Shown: positions 27,100 through 40,395, counted from the whole stretch's first letter. The stretch is 62,631 nucleotides of DNA, filler included, from Bipalium vagum (GCA_037834085.1; 3 parts of 3 records of this genome joined end to end with filler, not necessarily neighbours in it); one strand, 5' to 3'. Numbers and translations: made by a program. The notes: generated by a model from the sequence alone, not told the origin.

Positions 27100-29480
27100 G
27101 TAGCACTGGCCAAGTTATTCCTATTGGAGTTTACAACAAACTCCATGAAGGTCTTAAGAGACTGACGTTGGTGCTTCCAAGAAGAGAGCATAAGTGTTTC
27201 CATAAATTTGTTTGAACTGTTTTGTTTTTGTTAATAAGGTTTTTAAAATTTAATTGATACTAAAAATAGAAACTAAAAAATGATATTTGGTGCTAAGTAT
27301 CATGAAAAAGATACAAATAGTAAAATTAAAAACAAATAATTATTTGTTGCCAGATAAATTAGAATCTGCTGTAAAAGTCATTTTTATTAAATTTTTTCCA
27401 AATAAATTCATTTAAATGGTATTGGATATTTTTTTATTGGCTTTTGGATTTACTTTTTTGTTTTAACTCATTCTATAAACATTCAAGTGTTCGCATGTAT
27501 TTTTGCTTCCTTATCTTTGAATTTTTTTGGAATATTTGACTTATCTATAATTTTATTCTTTTTCTTTATGGTTGTTATAACCTTTACACTTGTTCGTGTG
27601 AATTGTTGAATCAGGTCTGACATGTTTTATTATCCCCTTTAATATATACATTGAGCAATTTAATTCAACAATAAATACATTTTTCACATTTTTAAATTGA
27701 ACAATACCAAGAATCCATGCTCCAAAATAATTGCTCGTAATTGATTAATATGCTTATCATTATTATCATTAAATATTTATAATAATATTAATTTTATTGT
27801 AATTATTATTTAATTTTAATTGCTCTTATCGTTATCGTTTTTTTTATTCTAATTATTATTATTATTGTTAATCATTACCTTATTATTATTAGTTGTAGAA
27901 ATATAATTATTATCATTATTGTTATAATTAATATTAATGTTAAAATTCTTTATAATCGTTATCTTGATTATATTTAAGATTTTAAAAACTTTAAAATTAC
28001 AATTTGAAAGGAAACAGCCAGTCAAAATAGGTAAAGTTTTAAGTATAATTTAAATTAAATTATGTTAATGAAAACCAGTTGTAGAAGAATTAATTAAAAG
28101 ATCAAAATTTTAAGATTTGTAGTTTTTTTAAAAGTTTAGTGAAGTTGAAGTTAAGACTTTATTTTAGAAAAAATGGTTAAAGAAATATTAGTTATTATTT
28201 AAGATATTTTGAAGTTATACAATATTAGATAATTACATAATTAAGATTTATTTCTAAAGTATTAATATTAATAGAGTTTGAAGAATAATTATGTGATTTT
28301 TAAAGTAATTATTAATAATTATTAATGTTGGAATTTAAATATTATAATTATAAAAGTCTGTTAGATTAAGTTTTAAGTTTGTTTATTAATTATGATATTT
28401 AATAAAAAATCTTTTCGTTAAAAACTGTTTTCGTTTTCCAATTATTAAAGTAGTGTAAAGTGATGGCATTCCTGAGTATTTTGGTGGCATCGTACATTTC
28501 CTTTTCTCCTATAATCTAGGTTTTTGAGTCGAGTTCGTTAATTGGAATTTTGCATATTAAGTGGATGTCACCATCTAGTTGTACAAATTCGCAGTTTATT
28601 TTATATGCTTCTCTTAGTGCTCTAATTGATTTTCTTATTTTAGTCCACCAAGTTTCTTTAACAGATGATTTTGATCTTATCTTATCGCTTAGCCATTGTA
28701 ATGTGGTTTAAATATCTCTGGAGTTATATAATTTTGTCCTCTTCCCTACATTATATGTTAATTCGGTCAATATGAAGTTCCTAAAGGTTAAATCTTTGCT
28801 ATTCATTATTTTCAATCCGTGAACCGCATTACATAACCTATAATCATTAATTGTTTTATTAATATTAAGATCACCAAGATTTACGGGTGAATAGATAAAA
28901 TCGTTGTTGGTGCCTTGGAAATAATTATCAGAAATTTTTTAAAAATAATTTTCCTAATTTTTTCGTCAAAGGCATGGTCACTATCCTTATCTTTAGCTTG
29001 TTTTTGGTTTTTTGAGGATAGGGTTTGAATATTAATAATTTTGTTAGAAAAATGAAAACCTAGTTTAGATTGGAGAAATGTCTTATAGCAGCTAATTTTT
29101 TGGTTTGGATGTAGATCCGAGTCACATATAATTTTGAAGTCATTAATAATTTGCTCAAGAATCATATCTATATTTTGATTTTTCTGCTGACCGAATGGAA
29201 CTCCAAGATATAAGTAAGTATTTTGCTCATCTATTTTAGGGATAATCTCATCATATAATTTTAAATATATCCTATTGCTTATTTTATTAGAAAAATAACC
29301 GCACTTATTTGGTATAAATCTTAAGTGTATTTTATTAGTTATTTCGATAAGATTATCAATAATTAGTTTAATTTGTTTTGAGCTAGCCCCAAAGACAACT
29401 AGATCATCTGCATATGCGAGTATTGTGAACTTAGTGTCATTGATGGTCAGAGGATCCAATTTCTGAGCTGGATCCAGTAA
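27100..29480 (-). mobile_element. 5'-truncated, decayed non-LTR retrotransposon (R2/NeSL/Utopia-like, RT plus probable RLE)
   Basis: ORF 28881-29459 has ILAYADDLVVF, FIPNKCG and YLYLGVPFG. Downstream are TWWTKIRKSIRALRE (~28610-28655) and RPD / K.AKY-like remnants (~27500-27620). Confidence 0.85.
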
Positions 29481-29873
29481 TTTTGATTACACTTTATACT
29501 GGAATTTTAGTTAGCCATTGACATTCTATTGAAAAACTTTACAGCATTCGACATTAAGTTCCTCAAGAATGTATTTTTCTTTATAGAGTTGTGTTTCTGC
29601 ATGAGTTTGTGTCGCACCTTAACCATTTCAGATTAATTTGAATATTAATTGCATTTTTGCACGATGGAAATTTTTCTTAATTTTCTCAAATAAAAATTGG
29701 ATGCATGTTACTCTATTACACAATGCATTGTTTATCTCATTAATATGAGGAATTATCTAAACATCTATTAAACAAATTTGATATTAAAATATATATTGCT
29801 ACTTATTTTAATTATTATTTTACTATACTTTATATAAAATATAACTTTTGATATTTAAATCAAATTTTTAATG

Positions 29874-30700
29874 TACAGGGTTTTACTCTCATTTTGAATT
29901 TGTGTACCTTAATTTTGAATTTGTGAAGCTACATTTGGAAGTAGGAAAATCACTTTTGAATTCGTTTAAAAATACCTTTAAATACTTTATTAAATACCTT
30001 TTGTAAATTTTTTGAATTACTGTAAAAATTCTCTCATGCTCTCAAACGAAGATAGAAAACAAATAATTGATTCGTATTTTAATGGCCATACCAAAAAAGA
30101 AGTAGCTGATGTTTTAAATATCAAATTAACAACGGTTTATGCTGTAATAAAGGTATATTTTAAAAATTAAATATTTAAAGGTATATTTAAGTACATTTAA
30201 AGGAAAGTAAAGTATAGTATGTTAAAATTTGGGGTATGAAAGAGAGCATTGATAAATGACCATGTTCAGTTCTTACAAAGCACCATTGATAAAGATTCTA
30301 GTGTTACACTGAAAGTTCTTCGGCAAAATTTAATTGTGTATAATGTCAGCGTTTCAACGAAAAAAATTGATATATACATTAAAAGTTTTAATTATTCATT
30401 CAAAAGAATCTCATTGATTCTGTTTAGACGGAATTATCCTAAATCACTCAAAGAAGGGATAACGTATTCTAAAATGTTTTTTTGGTGATAAAGTTTGATT
30501 ATTATCGATATATGATTAATTTCATACCAAGATGCATTAATAAGGAAGCTATTAATGATTAATAAACTCAAAATTGATTTACATATATAGGTTGCGTGAA
30601 AAGTTCTGAAAGCAGCACATATAAAACACTGTAAGGTCAAATATTTCTATGCTATTTTAATATACTATATTTTAGCATAACACATTAAAAATTTTGTTTT
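29874..30700 (+). mobile_element. IS630/Tc1-like element, 5' part
   Basis: Terminus TACAGGG with repeated TTTTGAATTTGTG subterminal motifs. Reads MLSNEDRKQIIDSYFNGHTKKEVADVLNIKLTTVYAVIK (HTH) and DSSVTLKVLRQNL...SFNYSFKRI (winged HTH). Confidence 0.75.
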
Positions 30701-30721
30701 AATACATCACTTTATTATTAT

Positions 30722-30821
30722 NNNNNNNNNNNNNNNNNNNNNNNNNNNNNNNNNNNNNNNNNNNNTTAATTAATTAANNNNNNNNNNNNNNNNNNNNNNN
30801 NNNNNNNNNNNNNNNNNNNNN
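30722..30821. other. Assembly gap: 44 N + TTAATTAATTAA + 44 N
   Basis: Exactly 100 nt with a six-frame stop spacer; identical to the gap at 46915. Confidence 0.97.
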
Positions 30822-30930
30822 TTAACAATATACTAATCAATATGTATAAAACATTAACATATAAAATTTGTTTGCTTAAAAAATACATACATAAAAACGG
30901 TTTAATGTATTAATTTAAAAAAATTGCTAA

Positions 30931-30949
30931 TATTTTGGACGGCACTGTA
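30931..30949. mobile_element. Tc1-type terminal inverted repeat next to the gap
   Basis: Reverse complement is TACAGTGCCGTCCAAAATA (TA + CAGTG, a typical Tc1 end). Confidence 0.55.
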
Positions 30950-31699
30950 GTTTGTAAAGGAAAAGTCCTGAAATGCTAAATGAACTTCCCTATCTTCATT
31001 CAATTGTGATCTTTTTGAATGATCAAAGTCTTTAAGAGATATTTTTCAAAAATACCCTAGTTACACATGGACATAAAAATGGTGAAAGGCGAACAGAATA
31101 GCCTGAATAACAGATATCTGCACTAGGACTGCAACTGGTTTGTACTGTAATCGAGGTCGTAGAGGTTTTTGAAAGCCAAAGGTATGCCATCATCAACATT
31201 TTTGAACCCTTAGTTCTCTGACCTGCAAAAATTGAGTTCTTTCTAGTTGATATAAATGTCTTGTAGCATTTTTAATTTGTACATCTTCACAAACCATTTT
31301 TATCATTTTCAGTTTTAAATATTTGGCACAAAATTGATATATTCAAAAATATTTCGATCCCACAACATCGTGATACACTGATTTTCATCGAAAAAAATTG
31401 TCTTCAATTTATAAATTTGAAATCAATTGTTATAAATTTGAAATGTGATGTTAGACCCTGTATATGGATGGAAATATCTAAATTATATAACTTTAACATT
31501 CTATTTTATATAATATTACCCAAATTACCATATCATTCATGTATTTTAAAATTAAATTTTTAAATTTTAAATTTTAAAAATGTTAGTTAATTGATTTAAA
31601 TAGTTATTTAAAACAAAAGTTTTTCAGGCACCCCAACTATAATAAATCCGCTTCGAGTACAAGTTGAGGTACGTAGTCTGAGATTATTCGTTATTATTA

Positions 31700-32156
31700 C
31701 ATTTTGTAACTTATATTTCATTTCCTCGATAGTCTGACACTTATTTGCATCTACGTTTGTCCTTAAGATATCATTATCCAAAGTTGTTGGTCTTTCTGAT
31801 CGATGCGAGTCCTACACATCAAAATTACCGGATCTAAACTAAGAAAACCACATTTGGCATTTACGAAGGGTCAATGATTTTGGATAGACATTGCAAATTC
31901 TTTCGTCTTAACTGTTGCGCTACTGCTTTAATTAAATTAAAACAGCATACAATGTCGAATAAATACCTCTTCTGGTATTTGAGTGGCCGTTAAAAGTAAA
32001 TCTACAAATAAAGTTTATGATTCGATATTCTACAAGGAAATAAATCACTTTAACCTTAAAATATATTTAGACTCATTTTAAAATTATCAGTCAAATGATA
32101 AATATTAATGAAGTATTTAAACAAAAGAATGACATTACTTTCGGCCCCAATTAATA
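31700..32156 (-). mobile_element. mariner 5' fragment (TIR plus HTH)
   Basis: TIR-like TATTAATTGGGGCCGAAAGTAATG; ICNVYPKSLTLRKCQMWFS*FRSGNFDV. Confidence 0.8.
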
Positions 32157-32789
32157 TGTTTAATGATTATCTACCATTCGAGGCTTTAAAGTTTGGGAAC
32201 TATGTTTCATGAAGAATTTCATATCAATACCTTTAATGATGTCACCATTTACTGCAATGTCACCATAGCTTTCGAAACACTTTATAAGGTGTCATATCTA
32301 TTGTACTATATTAATTCGTCTATTTCGAGTGGCATTGTTGAATTATTTCCTCATTTGAATTATTTAAATCATTTTGAACATGCAATTAATATTTGGTCAA
32401 ATTTTGTTTTATTCTACTTATTCTTCTTTTCCAAGCGTTGAATTTGTCAACAGGTTTTTTTATGGGACATCATCTTTACCCATTTAGTTTCTTAACATTT
32501 ATCACTAAAGTTACTTGTATTTTTAAAAACCTTTTTAAGCGTAACCAAATCTTTACTTTTAAAACTAATGTTTTAAATAAAACACTCTGATTGTTAAATG
32601 GGACGACGTCAACCTTATTTCAGTTTAGTTAGAATTCTTCTGTTTTATTTAAGTGGGCCATAATGTGCGTCACTCCCAGATATCGAGGTGCTTGATACTG
32701 AGGTTTGCCTCAAAATCTAGATCCGACTTTATAATCAATTGGAAATATGTGGTCTAAAAATTGAAGCTGGTGCCTATTTTTGATAACAT

Positions 32790-33180
32790 TACATATCAAA
32801 AGATTGATAAAATAAATAAATATTTCTAGAAATTATTCTGTGAAATAATACCCATTATTGTCGATGCATTTAAGCTTTCTCAAGCAACTGGCGAATACCT
32901 GACTTTTAAAAAGATGGTGATTTTAATTCTATGTTAATTAATATCGATTTTTTAACATCTTCGATCTTTCTGAACTGAGAATCAGCCAGATGATGTTGAA
33001 GAGATCTGAATAAATACTAATCTGACGATACCGTATCAGGTGAATAAAGCGAATGTGGTAGAACAACCCAGCCTTAAGAGGTTAGATGACCCACTGTTGT
33101 CTTTGACATGTGTGGTCGGGCATTATCATGCTGAAGAATTACAGGCCTAGTTCCAGCACCATTAAATGGTCCTTTCTAAA
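32790..33180 (-). mobile_element. mariner 3' fragment
   Basis: QHDNARPH...GWVVLPHSLYSPDTVSSD*YLFRSLQHHL. Confidence 0.9.
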
Positions 33181-33439
33181 GTAAATATAAAGTAATGTAT
33201 AAACATTGTTAAGTATATTTAAAAAGTTTCTTTACGATCTTCTCAGATTAAAAATAAAATATTAACTAAGAATTGTAAAATTTTCTAATTCGTTAATGCA
33301 GAACTTCGCAAACATAATTTGCATTCTTTCCTTGTTATGAATTATGATTATGATCAACGATTTTAAATAAGCGCTTGTTTAAATAATGCTAAAACTAAAG
33401 CAATATTTTAAATATAATTTAACTAATAATTAATAATAC

Positions 33440-33660
33440 TAATATTGATTTAGAATTTCTGAGATTTTGGTGTGTTGCTTCGATATTATTGGAAGAAAAG
33501 CCAAACGTTTAGAGACAACAAGGACGAGATTTGTGCTATTTAAGGTTCTGGTACAGTATTTGAAATAACAGTGGGATAATGGTTTAGGCAGTTCAATGAA
33601 GATGGTTTCAATTTGCAAGATCAATCTCGTTGTGGTCGGCTATCAATATCAATAATGGAC
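33440..33660 (+). mobile_element. mariner HTH fragment
   Basis: EICAI*GSGTV...WFRQFNEDGFNLQDQSRCGR. Confidence 0.7.
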
Positions 33661-33800
33661 TTTTTTAAAATGTTGTCCTAGAATATTTGCATAAGCTTAA
33701 TAATAAATACTGACTACGAATTTTTATAAGTAATATGATAAATATACTGAACTCATAAAATTTTAAAATAATTAATCAATAAAGAATGGTTCTCAAAAGG

Positions 33801-34499
33801 TCATATAACATCCACCGTGTTGGTTCTATTCCAAAACCGAATGGTCTCTTTCTTCAAATTTTTCAAGTGAATGGTCAAAATTATAATTAAAATAATGCTT
33901 ATGTTGACTACCACAAGTCTGAAGATCAGCCCCATGATGATCACCGTGTTCACACCTCCGTAAGTATCCGATGATTTCGCATTCCAAATGGTTATTATAA
34001 GGTAATACAGATTAAGTCCAAAAGCCACCAGAGAAAAGATTTCCGAAGTAATCTCAATAAACAAACTAAAAATTAGAACAGGCTTCTCTGGTAGTTTTGT
34101 AAGGTACACAGTGCTGGCTCCCCCAAGGATCAAGGAAATTGTGATCACAAATAATATCCATACGTCATTTTTAAGATCAGAAGTGGTTAAACACATTAAA
34201 ACTACCAGGATGAAATAGACCGTACCAATGATGAGAAATGTAATTCCGTAGGTCTTATGAGTGGAAAATATTAACTTTCTCTGCTGGTTCGGTGATGCTT
34301 GCTGGAAGTCACTGACATCTCTTGTGTAAATAGGGCTTACGTCTGAGCTTAATGATCCTAATTGTTCGGAATCACACATGCACTCAGAGTATAACGGAGG
34401 TCGAGTAACGTCTAGGATTACTGGTCCCTGGTGGTTGGAAGCGGTTTCCGAGTAGCTGGGTGGTGGTGACTCGGGTTGTTCATTGACAATGCTAGCCAT
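33801..34499 (-). CDS. Intronless four-TM protein, CD20/MS4A-like, with N-terminal PPxY motifs
   Basis: 232-aa ORF, GC-richer than its flanks, with four hydrophobic helices. TM2-TM3 VWILFVITISLILGGASTVYLTKLPEKPVLIFSL resembles MS4A W....F..SG.L.V....K.P.K.L. Contains PPPSY and PPLY. Paralog of 40845-41414. Confidence 0.8.
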   Translation of the reverse strand: MASIVNEQPESPPPSYSETASNHQGPVILDVTRPPLYSECMCDSEQLGSLSSDVSPIYTRDVSDFQQASPNQQRKLIFSTHKTYGITFLIIGTVYFILVVLMCLTTSDLKNDVWILFVITISLILGGASTVYLTKLPEKPVLIFSLFIEITSEIFSLVAFGLNLYYLIITIWNAKSSDTYGGVNTVIIMGLIFRLVVVNISIILIIILTIHLKNLKKETIRFWNRTNTVDVI

Positions 34500-36533
34500 G
34501 TAAAATATTAGAGTTTTGATGAGATGTTATTGATTTAATCAAATTTGATCAATCTACCTTTGGTCAACAATCTACGGTGCGTGATCTGATGATCAATAAT
34601 ATAATATCTCTTTTTTTAATTTCATGTCATTTGTTTTAATTATTACTGGTCGTGTATGCGGAAAGATAAGAAATGTTGACAAACCCTTTCAATCTGAAGT
34701 TAACTGAAAAGCGTCCCTTAGGTTATGGCAATGGAAAATTTCCAATATTTAGCAATTTTTCATTTATTGGCTTTTTAAGATGAAACTAAAAACGAAGTTT
34801 TTTGTCTTTTTCTTTTTATTATATCTTTGTCTCTTTCTCCAAAGAATTTGACCTTAGGTATTAAGTATTTTATATGACCGCCAACTAAAACTTATTGGAC
34901 CACTCAAAGAGTTTTATGAACACTTTATTAAGAAAATTTTATGGATTCTATTTCTTTTGTTTTTGTTTTATAAAACTAATCGCTTTATATTATTCAAACA
35001 AGCCGAGAGAAAAAAAATAAAGTTTTATTTCCACAGAGGCTTACCTATGCTAATATTATAAATCAATAATTATAACGATATGAATCGAAATCTTAATATA
35101 ATTTTTCCTTTATAGTTTTTATATAGAAAAGCGACAATACTTTCTCTCAACCTAATATACTAATGTAATATGTATTATTATATGATATTATTGGGTCATA
35201 ATATTTTTTAGTTTAGTATATCATATTATATTATTTATAATATGTAATACTGTTTAAAGTATATTATTTATATATTATTTAAATAATATTATTTATATTA
35301 TATTATTTGTATTATACTATTTATAATATTATATTTATTGTCATTTCTTTGTGGAATTTTTCAGTATTAATTACATTTTTCCCGCATAAAATAATAAAAT
35401 ATAATAATAATAACAATAATAATAATATAATTTAAAACTAATTACGTATAATCTATTTATAATTAAAATATAAATCTATAATAATAATTTAAATATAATA
35501 AAAACAATTGTTTTTATTTTTTGATTTATTGTTAAAAATTTTTTTAATATTTTAGCAGAAAATGATCACTTTAACAACTTTGTTACATAACCTGTAATTT
35601 GTCTCTTCACTTCCCAATCAATTCCCTCTTTTATCGGACTTATTTTCATAATACCTCAAGTGCTTGGTCCCGTTGTCGATACCACTGTCTCGGTTTGAAA
35701 TTCCCTTTTGTTCGATTTATCCCGTCAATGTCAGTTTTTCACTCGTACCGGTTATCTGTAACGCTTTGGTTTCGTTTCAACTTAGTTTCTCCATTCTTAC
35801 TCATCGTCATTAACGTTTTAGTTTTGGTTCCTTGTCTGCTCTATACATTTTCTTTTTTTATCAATCCTTGAGTTTTTCTAATCTGCGTTTGACTTTCCCT
35901 CGAAAATTCGCTCTCTCCATTGATTCTAATTTCTCTACCTCTTCTTCAAGATGGTCCAAGTCCTTGTCTCGACAATCTTTAAAGGTTGCCGATAAAACGG
36001 TACTAAAACTCCTATGGGCTGTCAGCGCTTTCCATCCACAATTTGGAATAATTTTAATCTAAACAGTCTTTTAAATAATAGCCATTCTGGTTTCAAGAAG
36101 GTTATTTTATCAGGGTTTTCTACATGAAAGTTCGTGTCTTTCGAAAAATTTAATTTATTTATACAACTAACAAAACAAAGTCGGCCAAGTTCATATTTTC
36201 AATTTTTATCAATACAACGAATATGAGCGACATTTGGAAATTTTTCATTCATTTCTAAATACGTTAAATAGATATAATACGACAATTTTTTAATTAATGT
36301 TTAGACTTGATATCGATCTTTGATTTTAAATTGAATTTAAATGTTTTGGTTAATATGAACGACATAAACAATATTAAAACAACGGTGTTATTAAGAAAAC
36401 GAACTTTCTATTTTTAAACCCTAATAAAAAAGGGATTTTTTAATATATAATTGTTATCTGAGGTTTCCTGAGAAAAGTACTTACCAAAAGTTTTGTCTGT
36501 CAATTCCTTAAATTGGTTAGTTATTATTATTAT

Positions 36534-37800
36534 TAGGGCAATTTTTTTTAACCTAAAAAAATTTTTTTAACTTAATTATTAAAAATTTTAACCGTATTTT
36601 AACTTTTTGCGTACCTTAATGCCTTTAAGGCAAAATATTTTTAAACTTTATTATTTAAATTTTTTACTTTATTTTAACCTTAAAGTACACAACAAAAGTT
36701 GTTTATTGTATTAAAATAGTCCGTTATACGCGGCAATCGCATAATGGCGTACATTATGGGGATCAAAATTCCGATCTTTGCGAACGATATGTTTAACAAT
36801 AGAAAAGCTTCTCTCCACAGAGAATGATGTTGGCTGACATGATTGAAGCAGAGCAAAATTTGCAGATGGTACGTCCTCTCTATTGCTGTTGAAAATTGCA
36901 CTAAGATCGTTGTTTGATAAGCGCTTTTCAATGTATGGTCTTATGCTACATGGATCATCCTGGAAAAAGAGTTTCGATAGATCTTCTGCAGCTTCACGAA
37001 TTATATATTGAGTGCTCTCAACTTTTACTCTTAGTTTGCTTAAACTCTGGTATTTTGTTAGCTGAATAAGTTCTCCAGGCAAACTGCTATTTGATACAGA
37101 TTGCTTTGCACGAGAAATAAGTACCACATTGCCTTCAAAACTTTCCACAATATGCCGAGCAGTAGGCAAATATTGAGCATACTAGATACGTGCGTTTAGC
37201 CATGTACCCCACAACGTGTCAATACTGCCTGCTGCGGCTGACCTATAGCAGCAAACTGCAAACGATGACCTTTATTCTTAACCGTTGCCATTTTGACACA
37301 AAAAGTAACATCGTCAATCAAAGGAAAGTGCCCACGAAGGCGCATGAAACTATTGGTTATAGATGTTCTTTAATATAGATCCGGCAAGAATCATATATTT
37401 TTCTGCATCAGTTATTAAAAGAACAAAGTGCTGCCTGTGTATGCCAAGTAACTGAATCGCACCCTCAACGTACTAGCATACGCTTGCACTATTAACGTTA
37501 TTGGGTAAAGGTACACAACCAAGTAAATATGTTGTTGTTGGTTTGTTAAAATTAAACTTAACTTAATTAACTTAAATTTTATTTAATTAATTATCTAATA
37601 TTATTTAAACATTTTTTAACCGTATTTTAACTTTATAGCCTAAAAATTCTATTTTTAACATAACCATAAATTTTACCCGTATTTTAACCTTATAAATCAC
37701 GATGTAGGGACCTTCGGTGACCGAAAATGGTATACATGTACTTGTAGGTCAAGAAAACCTATGGGACACATTTTAACTTTATTAAATTTTAATTGCCCTA
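36534..37800 (-). mobile_element. Internally deleted hAT DNA transposon (CGGBP1-related type) with intact TIRs
   Basis: 10-bp TIRs TAGGGCAATT (36534) and AATTGCCCTA (ending 37800). Subterminal TTTTAACCGTATTTTAACTT repeats near both ends. ORF 36711-37169 has the dimerisation motif PTSFSVERSFS, with frameshifted TRWGTWL (~37200) and LLITDAEKYM (~37400). Confidence 0.88.

Positions 37801-37802
<2 letters not shown>

Positions 37803-37840
<38 letters not shown>
37803..37840. repeat. (TTA)n microsatellite flanking the hAT element
   Basis: Direct observation; a shorter TTA run sits at the other end (36521-36533). Confidence 0.9.
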
Positions 37841-39139
37841 GTTTTTTTTTATAGTTAACTATTTGATTTTAATATAAATTAACCGTTGATTAAACCTTGA
37901 AAATAATATTATAATTGTGATCCCCATATTGAGTGTAACAACTTTGGTATTGTTATTTGTGTGATATAAATGCAAGTTATTGCTTCACTGATGGTTGTTA
38001 TTTTTGCATTGCCTAACATTGAGAGTCAGGTTAAATTTGATACACTAAAATATAACAGTTATCGTGTTGTTTCTAATAATCTTCAATTCTTCGACAATTT
38101 TTCCGGTTTCAACATTTATTTCTTAGAAAAGTCTGCCGCACTTCTCGAGCCAATAATTAAAACAACTTCAATTATCAGATAATTAAATATCAACAATTAT
38201 TTGTTAACTTTTAAGTATCCCATAACAACAATCGATTGTCATTGAAGAATACTGATTTTGAATTGAAACAAGAATAATGACACAGGAAGAAATATGTCTT
38301 TATTCGGTAGAAATAATTAATTTCTTCCAATAATAAATTTAGAATTATTTTTTAAAACCTTGAAATTTTTTTTAGTAAATTATTATTATTACATTATTTT
38401 ATATTAATTTCTCAATAAAATTTTATTGTTTCAATATTTCTTTTTTCTGCTTTATGGTCCAGTTTATATTCATATTAAAAAATTGGTCGTAATTGTTTCT
38501 TTCCCATTTTACGTTCTATGTTAATTAAATTTATTATTTTAACTTTATATAAAAATTAATATTGTCAGAATGTAAATTGAAATCTGCGCTTTAAAATGAT
38601 ATATAATTTAAGTAGTAAAACAAAAGATAAATTGTTAAATTAGCGTTAAATAAATGCTTAATGAAAACCGACATTATTTTTTGAACAACCTAATATCATT
38701 ATATTATATTATTATATATCTAATACTACTAATAATAAATAATAATAATAATAATGACATTTTAGTGGCTATTAATTTCAAAATTTTACAGTAAGAAAAT
38801 TATATTTTCTCTAATGAAATTTTATTATTTACAGAATCATCTACTGTCTAATTGGAACAAGTAGTATCAAAATGGTAAATTTTACATAAATTATTCGTAG
38901 ACTATTTACTTAAAAATTAGTAATAATATCATTATGAAAAAATATCTGGAAAATGACTGAGTTAAAGATTAAATATTTCCCAGCTTGTGTAATTTTTTTT
39001 AAATTAAATAATATTAATATTTTATTCAAATTATTATTTTAATTTTTTTATAATTTTTTTAAAATTTTTTATTTTAATTCTTTTATTTATAAATAAATAT
39101 TAAAAAATGTAAAAATAATAAATTGAAAATAACATTAAA

Positions 39140-40395
39140 TATTCATAAGAGATTGAATAGAATTAAAATATCCATATTCCAGTACATTAAAATCAGGACT
39201 ATTAGGAGATTGACACATTAAAGAAATATTCCACCCATCTATGTGACCGGCTTCTTGGATTTTGTCATCATCAACTTTTGCATGAGAACGAGCATTGTCT
39301 TGTTGAATCTTTATTTACATGGATTTGTTGTTCTCTGGCCATTTGCTTTTGATTGCAGGAATCACTTTTTCATTTATAGATTTAGTGTAAATCTCTCTAT
39401 TTACTTCAATTGGTTCTTGACCGATTCTTTGAGCTACGTTCTGCAGGAACATATTCTACAATAGGCGAAATACCAATCTTACCATCAAATTTTCTATTCC
39501 GACAAAAGTCCCAACGTGGCTGTGCCACGGTAGCAAGAAACATTACTTTTGAAATAAAGCGTTTACTTTTCACATGGCGATGTGGCTCATTTTCATTTGG
39601 TATCAGATAGAAATTCATTTTATCCTTCGCCAAATAAAACCATTTTTCATCCACATGCACCATATTATACATTGACTTAAACTTATTTTCATTTGTATCC
39701 ACCATTGACAATGCAAAGCGTAAGCGATCTTTTTGTTGTCAGCTGTTAACAAAGGTTTAAGTGAATTAATATGTCGTTTTAATGCGCCTTCTTTCTTTAG
39801 ATTTGATAATGTTCTCAATGATATTGATGTTCGCCATGATATTAATCTCATTGTGTGAATAGCTAAAATTTTGTGTTTTAGTGTTTCTCGGCATAATTTC
39901 TTGCGATCAGAATTGCTCTCAATTTTTGAGTGAACATCGGCTACATTCTTACCTTGATCGACACATTCTTTAGCTCTGAACCAGATACGCGAAATTATTT
40001 TATGGCAACTGTTAAATTCTTCAGCAACTGCCTTAATATCACCTTTGGAGAGTTTATTGTTTTTAGATCGTCTAAGGAGAGATTGTAGGATACCATTTCT
40101 TTGATCATCAGACAGGTTTTTCTTTCGTTGACATGATTCCATCTTTTCAAATTTTGAAATTTTAAAATAATCGATAATTCAATAATAAAAACAAATATTT
40201 TAAATTTTTCAAAATATGAAATTTTTAGACCATATTATAGAAAGAAAACGTGACTTAAGAGCATATAAATTAATGCACAGCTTGCTATGATTATAATAAA
40301 AAAACTAAAGTAAAAAAAAGACAAGTTAATAATTAATTTTCTTTTGTTTAACAAAAAGCATCAAAATGGACAATTATTTCTGAACAGAGGTAGTA
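39140..40395 (-). mobile_element. DD39D-family (plant/Soymar-Osmar type) mariner, decayed and 3'-truncated
   Basis: MVHVDEKWFYL, KSKRFISKVMFLATVAQPRWD, FDGKIGI, QQDNARSH, CQSPNSPDFNVL(E)YGYF. Exactly 39 residues lie between the 2nd and 3rd catalytic positions. TA + Stowaway-like TIR CTACCTCTGTTCAGAAATAATTGTCC at 40395. Confidence 0.92.

Noticed and set aside
30766-30777. Palindrome TTAATTAATTAA isolated within N runs (also 46959-46970)
   Set aside because: The identical 44N-12-44N layout in both gaps marks an artificial six-frame stop linker, not biology.
35570-36100. Purine-rich minus-strand coding-like stretch (gag-like?)
   Set aside because: Multiple stops and no diagnostic motif. Probably retroelement debris, but not assignable.
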